A program made the translations under genes and the position numbers. The notes under the pieces are model-generated. The model made no database searches. It was not told the origin of the DNA and saw nothing but the letters and a program-made list of their open reading frames with translations. A DNA stretch of 58,391 nt. It comes from an uncultured Armatimonadetes bacterium (GTDB lineage Bacteria; Armatimonadota; Armatimonadia; Armatimonadales; Armatimonadaceae). The stretch is from assembly GCA_903881535.1 (NCBI GenBank), contig CAIRTT010000055.1, forward strand, positions 1 through 58,391, written 5' to 3'. This document shows, piece after piece, positions 28,660-35,097 of the stretch (position 1 is the first letter of the stretch; every line of letters begins with the position of its first letter).

Positions 28660-28813
28660 CCCCCTCCTCCCATTCGTACACCGAGATCTCCCCAGGATCA
28701 AAACCAAGGCTCAAATAAACTTCGTCCAGAACCTCGGGCCCCGACTCACCCTCCTTGACATAATGATCACTGCGGCCAGAATCGTAGTTGATATACACAT
28801 GAAAGCGCTTCAT
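28649..28813 (-). CDS. hypothetical 54-aa acidic protein
   Basis: Hand-translated as MKRFHVYINYDSGRSDHYVKEGESGPEV...YEWEEGDDE. ATGA overlap with the upstream gene. Confidence 0.55.
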   Translation of the reverse strand: MKRFHVYINYDSGRSDHYVKEGESGPEVLDEVYLSLGFDPGEISVYEWEEGDDE

Positions 28814-29109
28814 AGATCACCCCCACGACTGTCCCAAATAGCTTGCTCAATCTCTTCAAACAGAGAGTCCCCCAATACGCCCGTCAGGCTCACACCCACC
28901 TCACCAAACAAATAGACGTACTCAATGGAGATCGCCTCCTCCACAGCAGGCTCGTAAAACGTGCCCTTCTCCGGCGGCGTGTAATCAAAGTAGATGTCCA
29001 AAGGAACATCGCACAGCTCCGTGTGAAACGCAAAATGGTTCAACCCCACCAAGTGCGAACGGTCCACCGGTATACCGGCAACTGGTACATCAGCATTTAT
29101 ATTTTTCAT
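28810..29109 (-). CDS. hypothetical protein
   Basis: 99-aa ORF, coupled to its neighbours. Confidence 0.6.
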   Translation of the reverse strand: MKNINADVPVAGIPVDRSHLVGLNHFAFHTELCDVPLDIYFDYTPPEKGTFYEPAVEEAISIEYVYLFGEVGVSLTGVLGDSLFEEIEQAIWDSRGGDL

Positions 29110-29348
29110 ATCTTTCCCCTTAATGTGCTCGTAAATGCCGGCTTTGCCGGTTGATGGCGACCATACGAAGCCAACAGCTCCGCTTGCTCACGCAAAATAT
29201 TTGAATCCATAGGACGCGCCATCTTCCAACGGTCCCCCAAAAAACGAATTGACTGCACCCACTTGCGCATGTTGGCGCGCTGCATGTCCCGAGAGACATG
29301 GCCCACGGACCAGAGACGACGGGCCTGCACTAAACGTGTCGTGTTCAT
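29106..29348 (-). CDS. hypothetical protein
   Basis: 80-aa ORF, coupled to its neighbours. Confidence 0.6.
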   Translation of the reverse strand: MNTTRLVQARRLWSVGHVSRDMQRANMRKWVQSIRFLGDRWKMARPMDSNILREQAELLASYGRHQPAKPAFTSTLRGKI

Positions 29349-29587
29349 TGCAAAGTCTCCTTCGAGCGAGACATGAAGTCATCGTGTAAAGCCTCAATGC
29401 CCTGCATCAAGGTGCGCTTGGGCATCCCCATGCCAATGCTTAAAACGGTGGCAGCAGCCATTAAACCAAGAACGCAATCGACAGGTTTTCCAATTTGTTC
29501 CTGAGAAAACCGTACAAGGATTTCAGCATTTTGCATCGCTGTTAGCATCATGTCTTGGGAATCTACGGAGTCGTTACTAGTTGTCAT
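29345..29587 (-). CDS. hypothetical protein, first cistron of the leftward operon
   Basis: 80 aa, preceded on the minus strand by AGAAAGGATAG (complement of 29591..29601). Confidence 0.6.
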   Translation of the reverse strand: MTTSNDSVDSQDMMLTAMQNAEILVRFSQEQIGKPVDCVLGLMAAATVLSIGMGMPKRTLMQGIEALHDDFMSRSKETLQ

Positions 29588-29590
29588 TAG

Positions 29591-29646
29591 CTATCCTTTC
29601 TGTGTTGAGAAGGTGTTATTATCAGGGTACAAGCGACACGTGTCAA
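29591..29646 (-). promoter_or_regulatory. strong sigma70-type promoter plus conserved leader for the leftward operon
   Basis: On the minus strand: TTGACA (29646..29641) - 17 nt - GATAAT (29623..29618), then AGAAAGGATAG. Confidence 0.7.
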
Positions 29647-29673
29647 GAAGAAAATAGAAAATATTTTGGGGAT

Positions 29674-29764
29674 TTTATTGTGGGAAACCCTTATGGGAAT
29701 ATATACAGGGTGGGAATGTACACAGGGTGTGGATTTATACAGAGTGGTGGTCTATATGTGGGTT
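29674..29764. repeat. iteron-like array of imperfect 13-18-bp direct repeats
   Basis: Units are atatacagggtggga, atgtacacagggtgtgga, tttatacagagtggtggt and ctatatgtgggtt, plus weaker units upstream (ttattgtggga, cttatggga). Confidence 0.6.
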
Positions 29765-29801
29765 TTGATCTAAGGAGGGGGGTTTTTATGTGTTTTTGCG
29801 G

Positions 29802-30021
29802 TTCCCTATAGAACTTTTTAGGGTAAGAGGTGTTTTTATTTTTTTAAAACGTCAAAATGGCGTAATAGACGTAATGGTGTAAGAAGTGAGTGTTTATGCG
29901 GGTTGTGGACTAGACGGTGACATTACAGGGGTAGTTGAGAGACGTAATTACTGGGATGTCCCAGACTTTTTTTTTGGAAGGTTTTTTTTTCATCGATACC
30001 CCTAAAAAGTTCTATAGGGAA
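29802..30021. repeat. 22-bp perfect inverted repeat pair separated by 176 bp
   Basis: ttccctatagaactttttaggg (29802..29823) is the reverse complement of ccctaaaaagttctatagggaa (30000..30021). The interior holds an AT-rich tract, AGACGTAAT x2 and T9-GGAAGG-T9. Confidence 0.85.
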
Positions 30022-30070
30022 ACAAGATTGGTTTTGGAGAGGGGAAAGGGCCTTGGACCATGGAGCGCGC

Positions 30071-30098
30071 TTGACATTGTTGTTGCAGCCGCTACATT
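30071..30098 (+). promoter_or_regulatory. sigma70-type promoter for the rightward terS block
   Basis: TTGACA (30071) - 16 nt - TACATT (30093), 33 nt upstream of the ATG at 30131. Confidence 0.55.
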
Positions 30099-30130
30099 GG
30101 TGTTCATTGAAATTGCATGGAGCAAAAGTT

Positions 30131-30361
30131 ATGTTACAAATAGAGAAAGATATTCCTGTTCCGGAGCAGACAACGAAGTATCCGTTCAAGGATATGGAGA
30201 CGGGCGACAGCATCTATTTTGAGGATGAGAGACAGGCCAACAGTGCCCGTGTATCGGCATTGCGGTTTGCGGGCCGTCAGGAGGCCGTCTGGGGCTTTAC
30301 GCTGCGAAAGACGGACCCAGACAGGGATAAGGTAGGATGGCGGCTCTGGAGGACTGAATAA
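30131..30361 (+). CDS. small conserved phage protein
   Basis: Start at MLQIEKDIPVPE with GGAG 9 nt upstream. The track start at 30053 would overlap the promoter. Confidence 0.55.
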   Translation: MLQIEKDIPVPEQTTKYPFKDMETGDSIYFEDERQANSARVSALRFAGRQEAVWGFTLRKTDPDRDKVGWRLWRTE

Positions 30362-31026
30362 TGGGCAAGAAGGACGTTTGGAATGTGCCCCCTGTCACGC
30401 CTGATAAGGCGCGCAATAGGTTGGCCACTCCCGTCAAACCCCTGAAGAAGTACAAAAGCCTTAGCGACAAGGAATGGACCTTTGTTCAGGAGCTTGTTGC
30501 GGGTGATGGACGGGTGACCATGAAGGAGGCAGCGCTTCGCGCAGGCTATACGGAAGTGAGCGCCTCTGTGATGGCGTGGAAGCTCACGAACCCTGATATC
30601 AATCCTCACGTGGTGTCGGCAATTCAGGCTTACCGTGCTGAATTGGCATCCAAGTACAACACGTCCTACGAGCGGCACATGAAGGACCTGCAGACGATCA
30701 GGGACAAGGCTCTGGAAGCAGGTGCGTACGCAGCTGCTGTACAGGCCGAATATCGCCGTGGCCAAGCCTTGGGTACGATCTACGTAGAGCGCAAGGAAAT
30801 CAGGCATGGCACGATCGACAGCATGAGCAAAGAGGAAGTGCAGCGCAAGCTGGACGAATTAAAACGGCTATATGGCGGTCCCCCACCGACTGCCTTGATT
30901 GATGCCGATACCGGAAAGGTGCTCGACAGTGTCGCAAGAGAAAAAGACCCCGCTTTTGAATCTGGAGTGGAAGAACCTCCGACTGACATTTTTGAACTGG
31001 ACCCCTCCGATGGCCCAGACTCCTGA
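30361..31026 (+). CDS. terS: terminase small subunit (Terminase_2-like)
   Basis: Pattern LSDKEWTFVQELVAGDGRVTMKEAALRAGYTEVSASVMAWKLTNPDINPHVVSAI, followed by a coiled-coil region. Confidence 0.7.
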   Translation: MGKKDVWNVPPVTPDKARNRLATPVKPLKKYKSLSDKEWTFVQELVAGDGRVTMKEAALRAGYTEVSASVMAWKLTNPDINPHVVSAIQAYRAELASKYNTSYERHMKDLQTIRDKALEAGAYAAAVQAEYRRGQALGTIYVERKEIRHGTIDSMSKEEVQRKLDELKRLYGGPPPTALIDADTGKVLDSVAREKDPAFESGVEEPPTDIFELDPSDGPDS

Positions 31027-31444
31027 GGCGCGCTTTTCTGCACGTGTTCGCGATGGCTTGGGCGCGGTCGGATGCGATGTGGAGCGAATCGAAAACAGGG
31101 TAAACCTTGGCGTGTCCGACATGGTGGTCGGCGTGGGTTCGCGCTATGTCACGATCGAGCTCAAAGCGGTTACCGCGGGGCTTAAGGTTACGCTGCGCCC
31201 CCACCAGATTGCCTTTTTGCTTCGCCATGGCCGCGCCGGCCGGCCGGCGTTTGTGCTTGTGTGGCAAGCAGCGCGCAAGGATAGCCCTGACTTTGTCCAT
31301 TTGTACCGCGGGCGCGATGCGATTGCCCTTGCTGAATCGGGTTTGCGCCTGATGCCTATGGCCGCATGGCCAAGCCGTGGCCTACCATGGCAAGAGCTGA
31401 AGGATGCCTTGATAGATGATGACTATCAGGGGGCTGAAAATTAA
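31010..31444 (+). CDS. VRR-NUC / PD-(D/E)XK nuclease
   Basis: Start at MAQTPEARF, a 17-nt overlap with terS. Contains GVSDMVV...VTIELK...LRPHQIAFL. Confidence 0.6.
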   Translation: MAQTPEARFSARVRDGLGAVGCDVERIENRVNLGVSDMVVGVGSRYVTIELKAVTAGLKVTLRPHQIAFLLRHGRAGRPAFVLVWQAARKDSPDFVHLYRGRDAIALAESGLRLMPMAAWPSRGLPWQELKDALIDDDYQGAEN

Positions 31445-31456
31445 AGAAAAAATCAA

Positions 31457-31524
31457 TTAGACAGGGCTCAAATTGGCGTAGAATTAACGCATCGGATCCC
31501 CCGATACCTAGAAAGGATAGAGAG
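31457..31524 (+). promoter_or_regulatory. cassette module A (promoter, short hairpin, conserved leader)
   Basis: TTAGAC (31457) - 16 nt - TAGAAT (31479). Hairpin atcgg/ccgat at 31491..31505. Leader TAGAAAGGATAGAGAG lies directly before the ATG at 31525. Confidence 0.6.
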
Positions 31525-31734
31525 ATGAAAACCTTAACCCATGAACAAGAGGCATTCGTTCAGGCTTATGCGCGAATCGTTGCGGTGGCATCCGAGGAAG
31601 TCGTTCGGATTTACTTTGAGATGGACGATGACGATAAGTTTTATGAAACATACCAACATGAGTATGCAAGCGTAACGGATGCCTATCTGCTGTGGGACGC
31701 TGCCCGCCGTTACGAAGCAGGGGAGACAAAATGA
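31525..31734 (+). CDS. hypothetical protein
   Basis: 69-aa ORF after module A. Confidence 0.6.
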   Translation: MKTLTHEQEAFVQAYARIVAVASEEVVRIYFEMDDDDKFYETYQHEYASVTDAYLLWDAARRYEAGETK

Positions 31735-32099
31735 AAAACGTTTACGCTTATTTCAGGGACTGTAAAAACTGCGGCTTAGAAATCCCTGACTTTGACCAAT
31801 TCGCCCGATATAACGCCGTTGAAATTGATCCGGTTTTTGTTTTTTATGATGACCTTGGGAACGTTAACGGGTACGAGCGAACCGATGAGGCGGAAATTAA
31901 ATTGCACCCTTATTGGAATGTGGTGTATAGCGTGTATTTGCACCACGACGCAATGCACCCCGACAATCGCGGCTTTGGTGGTGCCCAATGCGTTGGAGAC
32001 TTTCCTTCGCTTGAGATTGCTCAGACCTTCGCGGCTTTTATGGATCAGCTGCTAAACCTTGCAAACTACATCAAAACAACACCGGAGAAAACAGCATGA
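31731..32099 (+). CDS. hypothetical protein
   Basis: Start at MKNVYAYF with GGGAGA upstream and an ATGA overlap. Confidence 0.6.
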   Translation: MKNVYAYFRDCKNCGLEIPDFDQFARYNAVEIDPVFVFYDDLGNVNGYERTDEAEIKLHPYWNVVYSVYLHHDAMHPDNRGFGGAQCVGDFPSLEIAQTFAAFMDQLLNLANYIKTTPEKTA

Positions 32100-32260
32100 C
32101 CGTTTCCGAATTGCTTGCTCAGTTTAAAGATGTCGCCGGCGACACACTGGTTTATGTCTGGTTAGGTGGCGAAAGGCACCCAGTTTTGAACGTGGATGAT
32201 TCTTTTTTAAGCCCAAAAGACGGCGGATTTATTGAAATAAATGTGTTGACCGATGCTTAG
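32096..32260 (+). CDS. hypothetical 54-aa protein
   Basis: Hand-translated as MTVSELLAQFKDVAGDTLVYVWLGGERHPVLNVDD...NVLTDA. ATGA overlap. Its 3' end carries the module B promoter. Confidence 0.5.
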   Translation: MTVSELLAQFKDVAGDTLVYVWLGGERHPVLNVDDSFLSPKDGGFIEINVLTDA

Positions 32261-32311
32261 GTTGTGTTATACTTAACCCTGTGGAATAACCCACACTTAG
32301 AAAGGATAGAG
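32246..32311 (+). promoter_or_regulatory. cassette module B
   Basis: TTGACC (32246) - 16 nt - TGT-TATACT (-10 at 32268). Hairpin tgtgg/ccaca at 32280..32295. Leader CTTAGAAAGGATAGAG lies before the ATG at 32312. Confidence 0.65.
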
Positions 32312-33016
32312 ATGTTAAAAACTGTAGCCGTCATGTCTAATAAAAAGACCGGTCCCATTGCAGGCACTTACCGCAGTGGGGCGCATGAGACCTATGCAAC
32401 ATGCCCTAAAACGTGTGGATTGCATCCAAAAAGCGAGACCGGATCAGAACAGATTGATCCGGAATACTTGGCGGCATTGCTTGAAGCCGTACCGCGTAGG
32501 GGCATTGCATGGACTTATTCACACTTTGACGCTAAGGGTTTACCCATGTGGGAACAGGGCAAAACTGTGATCAATGCAAGCTGTGACACGGAAGCCGAAG
32601 CCGTGGCAGCTGTGAAAATTGGCCGGCCGGCAACATTTGCCGCGCCCTTGAATACCGCGGACCAATGGCCCAAAACTGTGGAAGGCGTTAAATTTGTCCG
32701 GTGCCCTGCCGATATGTCCGAATCATTCACGTGTCAACAATGCGGGAATGGATCCCCACTGTGTGCCCGCGGTGACCGTGATTTTGTTGTGGTGTTTGTT
32801 GCGCATGGTAGCGGTGCCAAAAAAGTAGGAACCGATCAAGAGGGCGGATGCTATGCTGCACAGGGTCCGGTAGCTATGCAATGGCACGGAACCCGCAAAA
32901 CAGGTGCCGCCAATGACGCTCAGGCCTTGCGCGCTTTCGCTAAGTCTCTCCCGTTCGGGTCCATGCTGCGCCATCATGTCGCCGGCGATATTGGACGGGA
33001 CCGGATCCAATGCTGA
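32312..33016 (+). CDS. Cys-rich protein, GP88-like (tentative)
   Basis: Start at MLKTVAV after the conserved leader. Contains CPKTCG, FTCQQCGNGSPLC, GGCYA and LRHHVAGDIG. Confidence 0.5.
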   Translation: MLKTVAVMSNKKTGPIAGTYRSGAHETYATCPKTCGLHPKSETGSEQIDPEYLAALLEAVPRRGIAWTYSHFDAKGLPMWEQGKTVINASCDTEAEAVAAVKIGRPATFAAPLNTADQWPKTVEGVKFVRCPADMSESFTCQQCGNGSPLCARGDRDFVVVFVAHGSGAKKVGTDQEGGCYAAQGPVAMQWHGTRKTGAANDAQALRAFAKSLPFGSMLRHHVAGDIGRDRIQC

Positions 33017-33210
33017 TATTTGCCGTACTAATCATGCTCATTTTGTGGTGGATTGTTGACTTATTCGATCCTAATGGTTAACCGGACCGGCAAAACCCGC
33101 GGTTCCTGCCGGTTTCCCTCTGTGGTTATGCATTTATTGCATAACCTTGCTGAGTTAAGCCGGTCAGGGTAAACCTGCCCCGTGGTCCCTGTTGCTTGCT
33201 GCGTTAAACG

Positions 33211-33244
33211 TGGCGCTTGGCGCTTGGGCCGTGGCGCTTGGCGC
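33211..33244. repeat. GGCGCTT boxes / 13-bp direct repeat tggcgcttggcgc x2
   Basis: Copies at 33211..33223 and 33232..33244. Further TTGGCGCG and GTGGCGCGCG copies lie at 33274..33298. Confidence 0.8.
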
Positions 33245-33257
33245 GGCTTGCAGTGAT

Positions 33258-33275
33258 AGTTAGTGCTCACTAACT
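33258..33275. promoter_or_regulatory. 18-bp palindrome agttagtgctcactaact
   Basis: 8-bp arms that are exact reverse complements around a 2-nt centre. Confidence 0.7.
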
Positions 33276-33298
33276 TGGCGCGCGGACCGTGGCGCGCG

Positions 33299-33320
33299 CA
33301 TTGTTTCACGTGAAACAATG
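33299..33320. promoter_or_regulatory. 22-bp perfect palindrome cattgtttcacgtgaaacaatg
   Basis: The two 11-nt halves are exact reverse complements, with a CACGTG centre. Confidence 0.8.
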
Positions 33321-33358
33321 GCCGCGGGCCGGCTATCGGGGCGCGTGGTTTGATAGGA

Positions 33359-33442
33359 AAATACAATGGGCCGTGGCCCACGGACCGCGGTATAATTGAG
33401 ACACTGCGGCACGGTGCCGCAGTACTTAGAAAGGATAGAGAA
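33359..33442 (+). promoter_or_regulatory. cassette module C
   Basis: AAATACAATGG (33359) - GC-rich palindromic 23-nt spacer - TATAAT (33391). Hairpin actgcggca-cgg-tgccgcagt at 33403..33423. Leader CTTAGAAAGGATAGAGAA. Confidence 0.65.
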
Positions 33443-33640
33443 ATGATGAGCTTTATTACACCTTCAAGGAAATACCACGTAGAGAGCCACGGTAACGGGT
33501 GGGCTTATGAGGTAACCCACCGCGAGAGCGGCGCGTCGTTCTGGGTTCAAGACCACGACGCGGAACAGCTGCAGCGTGACACGGACGACTTCACACAAGA
33601 GGATATCTTGTCTGAATATTTAGACATGTTGGGGGAATAA
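33443..33640 (+). CDS. hypothetical protein
   Basis: 65 aa, start at MMSFITPS after the leader. Confidence 0.6.
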   Translation: MMSFITPSRKYHVESHGNGWAYEVTHRESGASFWVQDHDAEQLQRDTDDFTQEDILSEYLDMLGE

Positions 33641-33641
33641 C

Positions 33642-33770
33642 ATGACGCACGACGAAATTCGGGAATACTACGATTCCCACCTCAACATGACGCTGCGAGA
33701 GCTCTCGCAAATGACCGGCTTGAGCATACCCGTGCTCAAGGCAATTATTTTGGAAGGGGCCGTTATATGA
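33642..33770 (+). CDS. 42-aa helix-turn-helix-like protein
   Basis: Hand-translated as MTHDEIREYYDSHLNMTLRELSQMTGLSIPVLKAIILEGAVI. ATGA overlap with the next gene. Confidence 0.5.
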   Translation: MTHDEIREYYDSHLNMTLRELSQMTGLSIPVLKAIILEGAVI

Positions 33771-34165
33771 GCTGCTTTGTTGTTTCCCCACTGCACATCG
33801 ATATCCTTGTATCGTGGGCCATGGCCCACAAGGCCCCGTGCTTTCCGGCACCCTTGACGCCCGTGATGGTTGCTAACCTGTTGGCTGACGCCAACAATCA
33901 GGCTTATGCAGAACGCTACAAGGAACCAGTGACAAACCACTACCGGTTTGAATTTCGAGAGACCGCGGGAAAGGTGCCGGCCCTGCAGATTCTTAAGGCC
34001 TGTCGCTCCCTTAAGTACCAGTGCAGCGACTGGCGCGAGTGGAAAGAAAGCCGCGCGTTTCAACTGGTTGACGCTATTGAGAGTATGGCAATTCATAAGC
34101 TCCCAGGCTATGACGACATGTTGTGGGAGCTGACCCCGTATCTGCGGAACAGTCTTCCCGCATAA
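33767..34165 (+). CDS. hypothetical protein
   Basis: 132-aa ORF. Confidence 0.6.
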   Translation: MSCFVVSPLHIDILVSWAMAHKAPCFPAPLTPVMVANLLADANNQAYAERYKEPVTNHYRFEFRETAGKVPALQILKACRSLKYQCSDWREWKESRAFQLVDAIESMAIHKLPGYDDMLWELTPYLRNSLPA

Positions 34166-34167
34166 CG

Positions 34168-34190
34168 CTATCGGGGCCATGCCCCGATAG
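34168..34190 (+). terminator. GC hairpin after stop codon (terminator-like, no U tract)
   Basis: ctatcgggg-ccatg-ccccgatag: a 9-bp perfect stem. Confidence 0.45.
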
Positions 34191-34192
34191 AT

Positions 34193-34275
34193 AAATACAA
34201 TGGCCCGCGGGCCATTGTCCGCGGTATAATTGATTCAACCAACAATCAGTTGGTCAACCTAGAAAGGATAGAGAA
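34193..34275 (+). promoter_or_regulatory. cassette module D
   Basis: AAATACAATGG (34193), 16-bp palindrome atggcccgcgggccat, TATAAT (34225), weaker hairpin accaac/gttggt (34238..34254), leader CCTAGAAAGGATAGAGAA. Confidence 0.65.
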
Positions 34276-34704
34276 ATGTCAAACCCCTTCCGTAAACACG
34301 TCAGCAACCTGTTCGGCTCACGCGGCTGTGATATCGACAGCGCATTGAATGACGCTAATGAAATTGTGCAGGCCCTGCCGGTCGAATCACGCGCGCATGC
34401 AATGACCGCGCTCATGATACTGGTCAACACTGCAGCCGGTGCCTTTGATCAGGCTCAGGGTCCAAGCCCTGAGAAGCTCGCAATACTGGACCTGATCCGG
34501 ACCGAGATAGGTAACTGGGCAAGTAGTAACCTTGACGATCACATTGACGGGTGGATCGGTGACAACTTGGACAATCACCTAGACAACTGGGCAACTAACA
34601 ACTTGGACATGGACCACAGCATTGAGGAGTGGATGAACAGCAACATACAAGGTACGGTTAGCGAAGCAATAGACAACATGGACCTAGTGGTTCGTGTGCG
34701 ATAG
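34276..34704 (+). CDS. hypothetical protein with NLD-x-H/W repeats
   Basis: 142 aa. The C-terminal half reads NLDDHIDGWIGDNLDNHLDNWATNNLDMDHSIEEW. Confidence 0.6.
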   Translation: MSNPFRKHVSNLFGSRGCDIDSALNDANEIVQALPVESRAHAMTALMILVNTAAGAFDQAQGPSPEKLAILDLIRTEIGNWASSNLDDHIDGWIGDNLDNHLDNWATNNLDMDHSIEEWMNSNIQGTVSEAIDNMDLVVRVR

Positions 34705-34706
34705 TT

Positions 34707-34793
34707 AAATACAATGGACCTCAGGCCACGGCCTGAGGTATAATCTAAGTACTGGATCAGCCGATCCAGTACAACTCAGAAAGAAGAAACACC
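34707..34793 (+). promoter_or_regulatory. cassette module E
   Basis: AAATACAATGG (34707), hairpin acctcaggc-cacg-gcctgaggt running into TATAAT (34739), UTR hairpin gtactggatc-agcc-gatccagtac (34749..34772), degenerate leader AGAAAGAAGAAAC. Confidence 0.65.
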
Positions 34794-35069
34794 ATGACTA
34801 AGATCCTCATTATCGACAGCACCCGTTATGCTTTACCTGCGGGCATGAGCACCAAGGACCAACAGGCATTAGCCGGCTTTCTGGTCACACTGACCAGAGT
34901 GGATTATGAATACTGCTACGGGGATGAAGAGAATGCCTACTACGCAAGAGACGGGGCAGCCATCAGCATCAGTGAGCAGGAGCTGATGACCAAAGCCGAG
35001 GCCAAAGCCAAAGCAGAAAAGACCCGCTTAGAGTACGAAGCGAAGAAAGCGGCACAAGAAAAAGTATAA
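34794..35069 (+). CDS. hypothetical protein
   Basis: 91-aa ORF with a Lys/Glu/Ala-rich C-terminus. Confidence 0.6.
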   Translation: MTKILIIDSTRYALPAGMSTKDQQALAGFLVTLTRVDYEYCYGDEENAYYARDGAAISISEQELMTKAEAKAKAEKTRLEYEAKKAAQEKV

Positions 35070-35097
35070 GCAACTGGGGGCCACGGCCCCCATTATT

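Noticed and set aside
29674-29764. Possibility that the short direct repeats are a CRISPR array.
   Set aside because: The units are imperfect, 13-18 bp and contiguous without unique spacers. No cas genes are present.
29581-30222. ORFs 29581..29811 (+), 29923..30213 (-) and 29935..30222 (+) in the divergent control region.
   Set aside because: They lie over promoters, iteron-like repeats and T-runs. They lack an RBS, and the poly-T tracts translate to Phe runs. I interpret the region as noncoding.
33085-33200. tRNA or tmRNA-like gene in the hairpin-rich part of the noncoding island.
   Set aside because: I could not fit a cloverleaf (7-bp acceptor stem plus a GTTCRANYC T-loop) by eye here or in other intergenic regions. 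A tRNAscan run would be needed to exclude it formally.
33061-33381. 106-aa minus-strand ORF covering the noncoding island.
   Set aside because: The product is Arg/Pro-rich. The ORF has no RBS, runs against the block direction, and is made up of the palindromes and GGCGC repeats themselves.
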